Shown here one piece after another: positions 38,115 to 47,676 of a stretch of DNA of 64,000 bases (position 1 is the first letter of the stretch; each line of letters starts with the position of its first letter). Source of the stretch: an uncultured virus (IMG/VR IMGVR_UViG_3300025840_005100). Lineage: Duplodnaviria > Heunggongvirae > Uroviricota > Caudoviricetes. The stretch lies in the IMG/VR virus record IMGVR_UViG_3300025840_005100. One strand, 5' to 3'. The position numbers and the translations under genes are program-made. The notes under the pieces were generated by a model. That model searched no databases and was not told the DNA's origin. It saw only the letters and a program-made list of their open reading frames with translations.

Positions 38115-38142
38115 ATTTTAATGTTTTTTCGTATATTTATAG

Positions 38143-38691
38143 GTGATGATTAAACTAAAAGATATGATAGCAAGAAGTTTATTTACAGAATCAAAGAAAC
38201 TCCGCGTGTTTGATTTTGACGATACCTTGGTAAAAACCACTTCGTTTATTTATGTTACCAACAATGGTAAAAAGAAAAAATTAACACCTGGTGAATACGC
38301 AGTGTATAATGAAAAACCAGGTGATGAATTTGATTTCTCTGATTTCTCAAAAGTTCAGAATCCAAATGAAATAAAAAAAATAACTAAAGTACTTCGAAGA
38401 GTAGTACAAAGTAGTGGTGGTGATGGAGTTCACATTCTTACTGCAAGAGCTGCATACCAACCTATCAGACAATACCTTAAAGATATTGGCATTAATATGA
38501 GTAAAATATATGTAACTGCATTAGCATCTAACAATCCAAAAGATAAAGCTGATTGGATTGAGGATAAGATTGATAATGAAGGTTACGATGATATTTACTT
38601 CGCCGATGATTCGAAAAAGAATGTAGATGCCACTAAACAAATGTTAAGAAGAAAAGATGTTAGATGGAGAGTTCAACACATAAAACATTGA
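38143..38691 (+). CDS. HAD-superfamily phosphatase (RNA-repair-type HAD-like)
   Basis: FDFDDTL, ILTAR, K, FADDS..N; N-terminal IKLKDMI…FTE leader; TATTTATA at 38134; the start may be ATG 38146. Confidence 0.8.
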   Translation: MMIKLKDMIARSLFTESKKLRVFDFDDTLVKTTSFIYVTNNGKKKKLTPGEYAVYNEKPGDEFDFSDFSKVQNPNEIKKITKVLRRVVQSSGGDGVHILTARAAYQPIRQYLKDIGINMSKIYVTALASNNPKDKADWIEDKIDNEGYDDIYFADDSKKNVDATKQMLRRKDVRWRVQHIKH

Positions 38692-38692
38692 T

Positions 38693-39427
38693 ATGATATT
38701 ATTTTTAGGAGACTCATTCACATGGGGTCAAGGATTATATTTTGAAAAATGGTATGAAGATGGTATTGGTGTTGATTTTATAAATAATCACTTGCCTCCT
38801 GATTATACACAAGAACTTATGTCATATGAAGATGATGAAATTAGAAAAAAATATCATTTTCCAAATTTAGTTTCAAGAGAATTAAATACACAATATGTAA
38901 CTAAATGGGGAAATGGTGGTTCTAATTATGATATAATCAATATGTTACAAAATGTAACATATCAAATGATACCGAATGGTATAGAATTGGTAGTTGTTCA
39001 ATTTACTGATTTTATGAGAGATTCTGAATATGTTATCGAATCTTTAGAAAAAAATATCGGTTCTAATGAAGATAATTTCGAATACATAATGATGGAACAA
39101 ATAAATAAAATTAATAATTTTTGTAACTATCCGAAATGGCATTATGGAGATTCTTTTCAAAAATTACCATGGATAGGTTTTTCATGGAGAGATGATATGG
39201 GTAGAGCTCTTAAAAAATATTATCCAGATAATTATATTCCTTTAAAATATAATGGTAATGAATATGAAGGATTTATACAATTATACGATGAAGATATTTT
39301 TTTACATAACTCAATACCAAATTGTAAAGATGAACACTTTAATAAAAAAGGTCATGAAATAATATCTAATTCTATTTTAGATAAAATTCAGTCATTAAAT
39401 ATTGAATTTAAAAAACCCAATTTCTAA
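38693..39427 (+). CDS. SGNH/GDSL-like protein
   Basis: FLGDSFTWGQG; GGSN; DEHFNKKGH. Confidence 0.75.
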   Translation: MILFLGDSFTWGQGLYFEKWYEDGIGVDFINNHLPPDYTQELMSYEDDEIRKKYHFPNLVSRELNTQYVTKWGNGGSNYDIINMLQNVTYQMIPNGIELVVVQFTDFMRDSEYVIESLEKNIGSNEDNFEYIMMEQINKINNFCNYPKWHYGDSFQKLPWIGFSWRDDMGRALKKYYPDNYIPLKYNGNEYEGFIQLYDEDIFLHNSIPNCKDEHFNKKGHEIISNSILDKIQSLNIEFKKPNF

Positions 39428-39438
39428 TATTTATTAGT

Positions 39439-39987
39439 ATGAGATATATACTAATTTTACTTGCACTTATTACCTTAAATTCTTGTGGTGTTTATAACTT
39501 AGAAACAAGATATAGACAACCAAAGATTCAATCAGTACTTGCAGTAACTTCTGAAGGAGATACAATCCAAGTATCAACTGATTACCTTACAAGAGAATTT
39601 AGATATAACTCACCTCAATACAATAATTGGAGATTTTATTGGGATAATTCTTGGTATTGGGGAAATGGTTGGTACAACTTATATGACCCATATTGGAGAT
39701 TAAGAGTTTACAGATACAATCCTTATAGAGTAAACCCAAGAATTAGAGTACCTCAGAGAGTAGAAGTACCACAAAGATATAGACCAAGACCGAATACTCC
39801 AAATAGAGTAGAGAGTGCAACTCCTCGTGGTTCTAACACACCAAGAGTTCAACCCAATCGTGGTAGAAGTAATCAACCTACAAGAACTCCTTCATACAAC
39901 AGACCAACAAGAACTCAAACTACTCCAAATGTTATTAGGAGAACAAACGTTGGCAGAGGAAATACCAAACAAACCATTAAACAATAG
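39439..39987 (+). CDS. lipoprotein with Trp/Tyr-rich and Arg/Pro-rich disordered tail
   Basis: LNS-C lipobox; composition. Confidence 0.75.
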   Translation: MRYILILLALITLNSCGVYNLETRYRQPKIQSVLAVTSEGDTIQVSTDYLTREFRYNSPQYNNWRFYWDNSWYWGNGWYNLYDPYWRLRVYRYNPYRVNPRIRVPQRVEVPQRYRPRPNTPNRVESATPRGSNTPRVQPNRGRSNQPTRTPSYNRPTRTQTTPNVIRRTNVGRGNTKQTIKQ

Positions 39988-39994
39988 TTCCTTA

Positions 39995-40002
39995 TATTTA
40001 TA
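39995..40002 (+). promoter_or_regulatory. TATTTATA promoter-like element
   Basis: Intergenic octamer. Confidence 0.55.
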
Positions 40003-40020
40003 TAGGTAAAAGGAATTATT

Positions 40021-41106
40021 ATGCCAAGTAAATCAAAAGCACAACAAAAATTCATGGGTATGGTTCATGCACTTAAAAAAGGTGAGATGGACCCAAAAGA
40101 TGCTTCTCCAGAATTGAAGAAAGCTGCTCAATCTATGAAAAAATCTGATGCTAAAGATTACGCATCAACTTCTCACAAAGGACTTCCAAGAAAAGTAAAA
40201 CAAGAAATTCTCAACAAACTTAAAGAATACGCCAACAAAATGGGTACAAACACCATGGGTGGAGATGATTACACTTCTAAGAAAAAAGGTGGTTTAAGAG
40301 ATTTTGATGGATATGATAATGTAGATTATAACAAAGATATGCCGATGGATGAAGGTATGTTCTCTACAATAGACCACATTAAACAAAACTCTAAAAGTGT
40401 AAGAGATTTTATCAAAAACGTATTATCTGATAAAGATTTCAGAGATATGAAAAATGATAAAGATTTTATCAAGTATCTTGGTTCTATTTATGAAGGAAAA
40501 CTACCAAACAATTGGATGCAAGGTAGAACTTCTGATTACCACACTTCACTTCGTGGTAAAAAAAGAGATTACGATGATACCAATTTCAAGAAAGATAATT
40601 CAGGTCAACCTGATTTAGAAGAAGATGGTATGAAAAAATCTAAAAAAAACTATGATGATTGGAAAAAGACTAACGAGGCAACCAAACCAGATTTCAATTC
40701 CAAAGGATATAAGGAAGCATCTAAGTTAGTTGCAAAACTTCGTTCATCTGTATTCAGAAAAATGAGTGATGATGATTTAGACCAATTTAGAATGGTTCTT
40801 GCACAAGCATTTGATTTGAAAGAATATGGTTCAAGACTTACAGAACCTTTCTTACTTCCAAAAGATGAAGATAAGTTAGATGGAACTCCTCCATCAAAAG
40901 ATGCAATCGATAGAGTAGATGAGGTAATGATTACTTTAACTCAAAACATAGCTAAGGATATCATCCCAATGAATACTTGGTCAAGATATGCATCTGATGG
41001 TAAAAAGAATGCTGAGTTTGTAAAAAATTTAATGAGAGATTTAACTCAAACACTAAATAAATTTTATAAATCCCACAATATTAACGTAAGGGTAAAGGAG
41101 AAATAG
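40021..41106 (+). CDS. putative processed internal head protein with DUF3008-like N-terminus
   Basis: MPSKSKAQQKFMGMV…ASTSHKGLP; modules separated by LKE/MDE/IYE/LEE/TNE. Confidence 0.6.
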   Translation: MPSKSKAQQKFMGMVHALKKGEMDPKDASPELKKAAQSMKKSDAKDYASTSHKGLPRKVKQEILNKLKEYANKMGTNTMGGDDYTSKKKGGLRDFDGYDNVDYNKDMPMDEGMFSTIDHIKQNSKSVRDFIKNVLSDKDFRDMKNDKDFIKYLGSIYEGKLPNNWMQGRTSDYHTSLRGKKRDYDDTNFKKDNSGQPDLEEDGMKKSKKNYDDWKKTNEATKPDFNSKGYKEASKLVAKLRSSVFRKMSDDDLDQFRMVLAQAFDLKEYGSRLTEPFLLPKDEDKLDGTPPSKDAIDRVDEVMITLTQNIAKDIIPMNTWSRYASDGKKNAEFVKNLMRDLTQTLNKFYKSHNINVRVKEK

Positions 41107-41109
41107 ATT

Positions 41110-41601
41110 ATGGCAATTGTACCAAAAGGAATTATCGTTCATTCAATGGCAGAATACTTAAAGATGCCAGAAGGCCCAATGAAGGCACATGACTTTTTAA
41201 AATCAGTAAAACTTTCAGTTCATGGTTTCATCCACCCAGATGGAACCTACGAAAAGATGGTGGAATCACCAGGTAAAGCTTTCCATGCTGGAAAATCAAA
41301 ATGGGGAGATTTGGAAAACCTAAACTCACACTTCTTGGGGTTTGAACTTCTTGTACCAGGAGAACACGATTTCGGTACATTTAGTAAAGCAATTGAAACA
41401 CCAGGAACTTATACTGAAGAACAATTCAAAACATCAGTAGAAACCGTTAAATGGTGGATGAAAGAATACAACATCCCTGCAGAAAATGTAGTAAGACATT
41501 CAGATTGTAGTGGTGATGATGTTCGTGGAGCAGGAAAAGGTAAAACAGACCCAGGTTCTGCTTTCGATTGGGATAGATTCAAAAAAGAATTAGTATCTTA
41601 A
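41110..41601 (+). CDS. N-acetylmuramoyl-L-alanine amidase (Amidase_2), probable endolysin
   Basis: IIVHS, SVHG, AFHAG, N..FLGFE, VRHSD, KTDPG..FDW. Confidence 0.9.
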   Translation: MAIVPKGIIVHSMAEYLKMPEGPMKAHDFLKSVKLSVHGFIHPDGTYEKMVESPGKAFHAGKSKWGDLENLNSHFLGFELLVPGEHDFGTFSKAIETPGTYTEEQFKTSVETVKWWMKEYNIPAENVVRHSDCSGDDVRGAGKGKTDPGSAFDWDRFKKELVS

Positions 41602-41724
41602 TGAAAAAGATTAAATGGTTTATCGATAGAATGGTTTGTTCATTCCTTCAATTTATTTCATATTTGTAAAATATATATATTTAATAGTACAAACAAGTTA
41701 CAGTAATATAAAAGGTTATACTTT

Positions 41725-41982
41725 ATGAATTATATAAGGAGAAAATGGATGGCGTTTAAAGACATTTTTAAAGACAACAACGATATCAACGAAAAATCAG
41801 TAGTTGGTTTCGCTTCCTTCGCAATCATGGCAATATTTGCTTTTGCAGATATTATAACTGGTTTCATAGGTAAAGATTTAGTGGTACAAGAATTTATTTA
41901 CAATTCTTTTGTTATCATTACTTTAGGTTCTTTTGGTATTGCTGAAGTTGGTAAAGTATTTGGTAAAAAGAACGAAGAATAA
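41725..41982 (+). CDS. two-TM membrane protein (holin-like candidate)
   Basis: Two hydrophobic helices and a basic C-terminus, next to the amidase. Confidence 0.6.
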   Translation: MNYIRRKWMAFKDIFKDNNDINEKSVVGFASFAIMAIFAFADIITGFIGKDLVVQEFIYNSFVIITLGSFGIAEVGKVFGKKNEE

Positions 41983-41996
41983 ATTAAAAAATAGTT

Positions 41997-42470
41997 ATGG
42001 TATATTGGTTTACTGGTCAACCTGCACATGGTAAGACCATTTTAGCAAAAAAATTACACAAGTTTCTACAAACAGAAAAACGTAATTGGCGAAAAGATGT
42101 GTTTCACCTCGATGGAGATGACCTTAGAGAACTCACCATTAACAAAGATTATTCAGAACAGGGTAGAATCAACAACATCCGAAATGCACAGATGATAGCT
42201 GAGTATTTACATACGAAAGGATGTGATGTTGTTGTTTCACTCGTTGCTCCATATCGTTGGTTAAGGGAAGAGTTTAAAGAAAGAATAGGTTTCGGAGATT
42301 TCCAAGAATTTTATGTACACACCACAGAACCTCGTGAGAGAGACCACTTTCATGTCAAAGATTACGAGGCACCTGAAGTTGAATTCATCGATATAGATAC
42401 TACAAAGGATTCACCAGACCAATCATTCTCAAAAATTATAAATCATCTTACGAAGTTAAATAAATTGTAG
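41997..42470 (+). CDS. cysC: adenylyl-sulfate kinase
   Basis: WFTGQPAHGKT; LDGDDLR; YSEQGR..N; SLVAPY; YEAP. Confidence 0.88.
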   Translation: MVYWFTGQPAHGKTILAKKLHKFLQTEKRNWRKDVFHLDGDDLRELTINKDYSEQGRINNIRNAQMIAEYLHTKGCDVVVSLVAPYRWLREEFKERIGFGDFQEFYVHTTEPRERDHFHVKDYEAPEVEFIDIDTTKDSPDQSFSKIINHLTKLNKL

Positions 42471-43060
42471 TGAAAATATTAGTAATATCTTCCCCAAGAG
42501 CAGGTTCAACTGTACTTACCGATGTTCTTGGTAAAATATTTAATTTAAAAAGATATCACGAACCATTTAATAAACATTGGGGAAGTCATTATAAAAAATC
42601 ATATGAATTTGATAAGAACTGTATAGTTAAAGTAATGTCATATGAAAAAGAGATGAATACTAACAAAACTTCAGTTGAATTTTTATGTGATTTTTCAAAT
42701 CAATTTGACCATGTTATTTTATTAGATAGATTAGATTATCAAAAGCAATTAGAAAGTTACGCTTTTATGAGACAAATTAGATATCATGGTAATTGGCAAT
42801 CCCCATATGTTTTCGATGATACAGTTGATTTATTGAGAGAAGATTATTATTTAACACTCCAAAAAGAAAATATAAAACTTATTTCAAAAAAAATTAAATC
42901 TGAAATATTATTTTATGAAAACATTTACTCAAATAATCGTGAAAAGATATTCCAAGAATTCAAAAAAGTAAATATAATATTACCGGATAATATTTTGAGT
43001 ACGTTACTTAATACAAATTATAAATTAAGAAGAGAATCAATAGACAAATCACTTATTTAA
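42470..43060 (+). CDS. sulfotransferase-like protein
   Basis: SSPRAGST PAPS-binding loop; HEPF; R…Q..S; FYE. Confidence 0.7.
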   Translation: MKILVISSPRAGSTVLTDVLGKIFNLKRYHEPFNKHWGSHYKKSYEFDKNCIVKVMSYEKEMNTNKTSVEFLCDFSNQFDHVILLDRLDYQKQLESYAFMRQIRYHGNWQSPYVFDDTVDLLREDYYLTLQKENIKLISKKIKSEILFYENIYSNNREKIFQEFKKVNIILPDNILSTLLNTNYKLRRESIDKSLI

Positions 43061-43070
43061 ATTTAATATA

Positions 43071-43607
43071 ATGAAAATATTAATAATATCTGAGCCTAGA
43101 ACTGGTTCTTATAATTTACTGAAATGGTTTATGTTGGATGATAGATTTACTGTTTTTAGAAATACTTTAAAATTAAATGAAAATAAAATAGAAAAATCAT
43201 ATGAATATAATTCAGAACATTTAATAGTATGTTCTTATCCAAATGGGGTAGATGACTATTTACCTGAATCATTATCTTTTTTTGATAAGATAGTTTGTTT
43301 GCATAGAGAAAACTTTCAAAAACAATTACAATCTTATATGAATGCCGTATCTGAGTTTAATTGGGATTCTGAATATTTTTATAAAGATATTCATATAAAA
43401 AAAGAAGAAATATTTATTAAAAAGATAAAAAATAAATTTAATTCGAATTATTTAAAAAATTATTTTTCAATTTCATATGAAGATTTGTATGAAAAAAATA
43501 ATATAAATAAATTATTAGATTACATTAAAATAGATAGTGAATATTTAGATAGATTTCCTTTTGGTAGGAAATATAGAGTTGATATGGTAAATGGAAAAAT
43601 AATTTAA
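43071..43607 (+). CDS. sulfotransferase-like protein
   Basis: SEPRTGS; REN…Q..S; SYEDL. Confidence 0.65.
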   Translation: MKILIISEPRTGSYNLLKWFMLDDRFTVFRNTLKLNENKIEKSYEYNSEHLIVCSYPNGVDDYLPESLSFFDKIVCLHRENFQKQLQSYMNAVSEFNWDSEYFYKDIHIKKEEIFIKKIKNKFNSNYLKNYFSISYEDLYEKNNINKLLDYIKIDSEYLDRFPFGRKYRVDMVNGKII

Positions 43608-43611
43608 TATA

Positions 43612-44013
43612 ATGGCAAATATAAAAGCAAAAGCAGATAAAGAAAGTTCATCATCGGATGTAAAGTATTCATTCTTCGCAGGAAGATGGCAACCACTACA
43701 CAAAGGACACCTTTGGTTAATCAATGAGAGATTAAAAGAAGGGTATAATGTTTGGTTAGGAATCAGAGATGTGAAACCAGATGAAAAGAATCCTTGGACA
43801 GCAGAAGAAATTTTAGAAATGGTAAAAGAAGGTGAGTTAAAAGAACTTATCGAAGCTGGTAAAGTTCTTCCAACTATTATACCTGATATTGAATCAATCA
43901 ATTATGGTCGTGGTGTTGGTTATGATATTATCGAGCATGTACCACCACAAGAAATCGGTGAAATCTCTGCAACCTCAATCAGAGAGCAGATGAAAAAAGA
44001 TGGTAAGTTATGA
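43612..44013 (+). CDS. HxGH nucleotidyltransferase (minimal ATP-sulfurylase candidate)
   Basis: GRWQPLHKGH; NP; YGRGVGY; ISATSIR. Confidence 0.75.
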   Translation: MANIKAKADKESSSSDVKYSFFAGRWQPLHKGHLWLINERLKEGYNVWLGIRDVKPDEKNPWTAEEILEMVKEGELKELIEAGKVLPTIIPDIESINYGRGVGYDIIEHVPPQEIGEISATSIREQMKKDGKL

Positions 44014-44477
44014 TAAAATATTATTCATCTTTTTTAGATAAATATGAATGTCATGAATTAATTAATTTATATAATAATTCTGATAATGATTATTGGGAAG
44101 ATACTATATATACTTTTTATAGTATAAATTTAAAAAAAATGAATATAACTTTATCTAAATTTAGTAATTTTCACTTTGAGAGATTTCGAGTACAAATGGT
44201 TGATGAAGGTGTAAATCAAGTTGAAAAATTCCACACCCACCAAGAACCCTTCTCAATCGTTGTATTTTTAAATGATGATTTTGACGGTGGTGAACTTATT
44301 TTTAGCGATAAAAATCATAATCCTAAAATAAGTTATACTCCAAAAGTGGGTGACATGATATATTTTACTGGAGACGAACCACATAGAGTTAATAATTGTA
44401 TCGGTAAACGATACACATTAGTTGGGTTTATTAATAACGACCCTTTAAATATTATGCAAAGAAATGGTATCATATAA
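44010..44477 (+). CDS. 2OG-Fe(II) oxygenase-like protein
   Basis: FLNDDFDGGEL; P..GD; H-R-V…RYTL; the HxD motif is atypical (HTH). Confidence 0.75.
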   Translation: MIKYYSSFLDKYECHELINLYNNSDNDYWEDTIYTFYSINLKKMNITLSKFSNFHFERFRVQMVDEGVNQVEKFHTHQEPFSIVVFLNDDFDGGELIFSDKNHNPKISYTPKVGDMIYFTGDEPHRVNNCIGKRYTLVGFINNDPLNIMQRNGII

Positions 44478-44682
44478 AAGACATATCTTAAAGACAATCT
44501 CATGGAGAGTAGTTGGTACATTGGATACCATGATACTCTCTTGGTTAATTACGGGTTCTTGGAAACTTGGATTGACAATAGGTGGGGTAGAAGTTCTAAC
44601 AAAAATGATATTATACTTCTTACACGAACGGGCTTGGTATAAATTTAGTAAATTTGGGTTAGATAAAAAACAAAAAAAATGA
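44464..44682 (+). CDS. DUF2061 membrane protein
   Basis: RHILKTISWRVVGTLDT…YFLHERAW. Confidence 0.88.
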   Translation: MVSYKRHILKTISWRVVGTLDTMILSWLITGSWKLGLTIGGVEVLTKMILYFLHERAWYKFSKFGLDKKQKK

Positions 44683-45524
44683 TAACAGACATTTATTGTT
44701 TTGGTAGTTCCTATACTGCTGGAGGTGGATATGAATTTGACTCTAATTGGTTTGAAGAAATAACATCTGAAAATATTAAATCGTGGAAAGAATATTTAGA
44801 TAATCAAACAGAAACTCCAAAAACTAATTGGAATTATTCATGGCCAGGTCAATTACAAAAGTTATTGAATAACGATATTAAAGTTCATAATCTTGCCAAA
44901 CAAGGATATGGAAATCAAAGAACATTAAGAAAAGTATATGAATTAATAAATTCTAAAGAATTTAAAAAAGAAACCTCATTATTATTATTTGAATTTACAT
45001 GGTTAGCACGAGATGAAATATATTCCAATCATTTAAAAAAATATTTGGTTCATAATTACTCGATAGAAGATGATAAATTTATAAAAGGATATCTTGCACA
45101 GTCACATCATTATGATGATTCTGAAATTTATCAATACTTGAATTCTGACAAAATTTGGAACACAGTAAATGACTACTATAAATTATTTTGGAACGGACAT
45201 GACCAAGATATTAAAATGACAAGAGAATTAGAGTATCTAATGGGATTTTTGGAAACAATAGAAATAAAATGGTATCAGGTAGAAAGTACAATTCAGTATA
45301 AACACATAACTCCCTCTAAAATAAACAGAGATTTTGAAATTAAATTTGATGGTGATAGGTCATTTTATAATTTTGCTCTTAATAATAATCTTACAATTGA
45401 ACAAGAAACGGATGGATTAGTAAAAGATACACATATTTCACTTAAAGGTAATAAAATAATATCTAAAATAATTTTTGATTTTTTAATTAAAAATAATATT
45501 ATACAAAAAAATACTATTTTTTAA
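44679..45524 (+). CDS. SGNH/GDSL-like protein
   Basis: FGSSYTAGGG; NLAKQGYGN; DTHISLKGN. Confidence 0.72.
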   Translation: MITDIYCFGSSYTAGGGYEFDSNWFEEITSENIKSWKEYLDNQTETPKTNWNYSWPGQLQKLLNNDIKVHNLAKQGYGNQRTLRKVYELINSKEFKKETSLLLFEFTWLARDEIYSNHLKKYLVHNYSIEDDKFIKGYLAQSHHYDDSEIYQYLNSDKIWNTVNDYYKLFWNGHDQDIKMTRELEYLMGFLETIEIKWYQVESTIQYKHITPSKINRDFEIKFDGDRSFYNFALNNNLTIEQETDGLVKDTHISLKGNKIISKIIFDFLIKNNIIQKNTIF

Positions 45525-45578
45525 GTAAACCCTATCAAAAAGTTTTCATACACTATACTTATATAAAAGAACATTAGT

Positions 45579-46148
45579 ATGGAAAATAACGAAAACGAAG
45601 AAAAGGTATTCCCTAACTTTGACCCAACCAAAGATTTATCACTCGCTGGTAAAAATAGAAGAATGAAACGAGGGTTGGGAGCTAAACCACTCTTAGAATC
45701 TGAAATTAAAGATGCACAAAAGAAAGCACGTTCTGCTATGGAGGCTGCAAGATTACTTGGTGTATCTTATAACACTTATAAAAAATACGCAAGAAAATAT
45801 GGTGTCTTTGAGGATTTAAAAAATCCTGATGGTGTTGGTATTAAAAAAGGATATAATCTTAAAAGAGGAAAGTATTCTTTAGATGATATTTTAAAAGGGA
45901 AGTATCCCGATTATCCTGTTTGGAAATTAAAACAGAGATTATTAAACAATGGGTATATGTTAGAAAAGTGTAATGAATGTGGATTTGAAGAAAAAAGAAT
46001 TACAGACGGAAAAGTTCCATTAGTTTTAGATTTCCAAGATGGTGATAAGAAAAATCATAATTACGAAAATCTAAGAATGTTATGTTTCAACTGTTCATTT
46101 TTAATTAATGGTAACCTAACAGGTCCTAAAAAAGAATATGAATATTAG
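45579..46148 (+). CDS. HTH plus degenerate HNH zinc-finger protein
   Basis: SAMEAARLLGVSYNTYKKYA HTH; CNECG…LDFQDGD..N…NLRMLCFNC; TACTTATA at 45556. Confidence 0.75.
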   Translation: MENNENEEKVFPNFDPTKDLSLAGKNRRMKRGLGAKPLLESEIKDAQKKARSAMEAARLLGVSYNTYKKYARKYGVFEDLKNPDGVGIKKGYNLKRGKYSLDDILKGKYPDYPVWKLKQRLLNNGYMLEKCNECGFEEKRITDGKVPLVLDFQDGDKKNHNYENLRMLCFNCSFLINGNLTGPKKEYEY

Positions 46149-46176
46149 GATAATTAAAATAATTTTTGTATATTTG
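46145..46176 (+). promoter_or_regulatory. sigma-A-type promoter
   Basis: TTAG-N20-TATATTTG. Confidence 0.65.
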
Positions 46177-46187
46177 TAAAAAAAATT

Positions 46188-46511
46188 ATGAGCTATATAA
46201 TAGGAAGTCCCTGTGTAAGTACTTGTGATACGGCATGTGTCGGTGTTTGTCCTGTTGACTGTATTCATGGTCCTATTGATAAAAAGGGTATGGGTTCTGA
46301 AGTTGAGGGAATGTCTGAAGAAGAACTTCAGGGTAAACAACTTTATATTAACCCCGAACAATGTATTTTGTGTGGTGCATGTGTACCTGAATGTCCTGTT
46401 GATGCTGTTTACGATTCGGAAGAAATGGCTATTGAAAAAGATGGAACTGATGAATATGTAAAAAAGAACTATGAATTTTTTGGATACAAATGGCCTGAAA
46501 ATAAATTTTAA
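46188..46511 (+). CDS. fdxA: dicluster ferredoxin (FdxA-like)
   Basis: CVSTCDTACVGVCPVDCIH…LYINPEQCILCGACVPECPVDA. Confidence 0.9.
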   Translation: MSYIIGSPCVSTCDTACVGVCPVDCIHGPIDKKGMGSEVEGMSEEELQGKQLYINPEQCILCGACVPECPVDAVYDSEEMAIEKDGTDEYVKKNYEFFGYKWPENKF

Positions 46512-46527
46512 AAAAATTGTATTAAAT

Positions 46528-46559
46528 TTTGGTTAATTCAAATATTTTTCGTATCTTTG
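46528..46559 (+). promoter_or_regulatory. sigma-A-type promoter
   Basis: TTTG-N20-TATCTTTG. Confidence 0.85.
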
Positions 46560-46600
46560 TTAAAACAAATACATATATATTAATATAAAAATTTAAAACT

Positions 46601-46810
46601 ATGAAGTATTTCGAAGTAACAGTCGAAGTGGAAGTTGCAACACTTAAAAATGGTAACCCAAAATTAAAGAAAGAAATCTACTTAGTAGACGCACAATCAG
46701 TAACAGAAGCAGAAGCAAGAGTTGTAAAAGATTTTGAAGATGCAAAAGTGAACATTGATTATAAAGTAAGTGGAGCAAAAGAAAGTAGAGTATTAAGAGT
46801 AATTGAGTAA
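46601..46810 (+). CDS. DUF4494-like protein (Bacteroidota family)
   Basis: KEIYLVDAQSVTEAEARV. Confidence 0.8.
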   Translation: MKYFEVTVEVEVATLKNGNPKLKKEIYLVDAQSVTEAEARVVKDFEDAKVNIDYKVSGAKESRVLRVIE

Positions 46811-47076
46811 TGGCAAAAGAACCTCAAATACAAGAAGAAGAAATCAAAACAAAAGTGGCTCAGAGAGTACCACCTGGAGACAGATGGGCGCCATTATCTA
46901 ATACTACCGTTGTATTAGACTCTCTAACGGATGTTCTTGAATTTATATACCAAGATACAGGTAAAACGCAGTTCTATATGGATGCACGAGAAGGGTTTGT
47001 GTATGTTGTAGATACTGAAGAAGTAGTAGTAGAACCAGAACCAACTAAAACATGGAGTTTATACGGTGAAGAGTAA
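46810..47076 (+). CDS. hypothetical protein
   Basis: Coupled ORF. Confidence 0.7.
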   Translation: MAKEPQIQEEEIKTKVAQRVPPGDRWAPLSNTTVVLDSLTDVLEFIYQDTGKTQFYMDAREGFVYVVDTEEVVVEPEPTKTWSLYGEE

Positions 47077-47222
47077 ATTAAGAAAATTATTTTTAAGTTT
47101 ATTATTAGTATATGCACAACTAGTTCCATCATCGGGTCTAATCCACAACTATAAATCAGTTGAAGAATTAGAAGATGATGATGAAATACAGATGTATATA
47201 TAAGGTTTTATGGATTACCCTA

Positions 47223-47230
47223 TATTTATA
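47223..47230 (+). promoter_or_regulatory. TATTTATA promoter-like element
   Basis: Intergenic octamer. Confidence 0.55.
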
Positions 47231-47271
47231 CAAGAACGTTCAATTCAATTATTAATTAATAAATAAAGATT

Positions 47272-47667
47272 ATGAAAACAGTTTTAATTATTTTAGCACT
47301 TCTAGCCATTGGGGCAGGAGTAGTTTACTTCCTTATCAAAAAAGGAAAAATCAAAGACGAAGATGGAGATTTTATTCCTGATGCAATCGAGGATAAAGTT
47401 GAGGACATCAAAAGCGATGTTAAAAAAACAGTTAACAAAGCTAAAACAAGAGTAAAGAAAGTTAAGGCAGAAATTGGTGATGTAGTAGCTGAGTTATCAG
47501 ATGTAGTATCTGCAATTCAAGGTAAACCTACAAAAACTAAACTTAACTCTCTTACAAAACAACAATTAGTTGATTCAGCAAAAGCTGACCATGGGGTAGA
47601 GTTAGACCCATCAGTAAAAAAATCTACTCTAGTTAATAAAGTTTACTCAATCTACAACAAAAAATAA
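47272..47667 (+). CDS. membrane-anchored coiled-coil hypothetical protein
   Basis: N-terminal TM; DEDGDFIPD; Lys-rich helices. Confidence 0.75.
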   Translation: MKTVLIILALLAIGAGVVYFLIKKGKIKDEDGDFIPDAIEDKVEDIKSDVKKTVNKAKTRVKKVKAEIGDVVAELSDVVSAIQGKPTKTKLNSLTKQQLVDSAKADHGVELDPSVKKSTLVNKVYSIYNKK

Positions 47668-47676
47668 GGAGTAACG

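Noticed and set aside
41601..41669. 22-aa ORF (MKKIKWFIDRMVCSFLQFISYL) coupled to the amidase stop
   Set aside because: Too short to support without conservation data, though it could be a lysis peptide
47077..47220. Small ORF or ncRNA in the gap after 47076
   Set aside because: The open frame lacks a canonical start, and no convincing structure was seen
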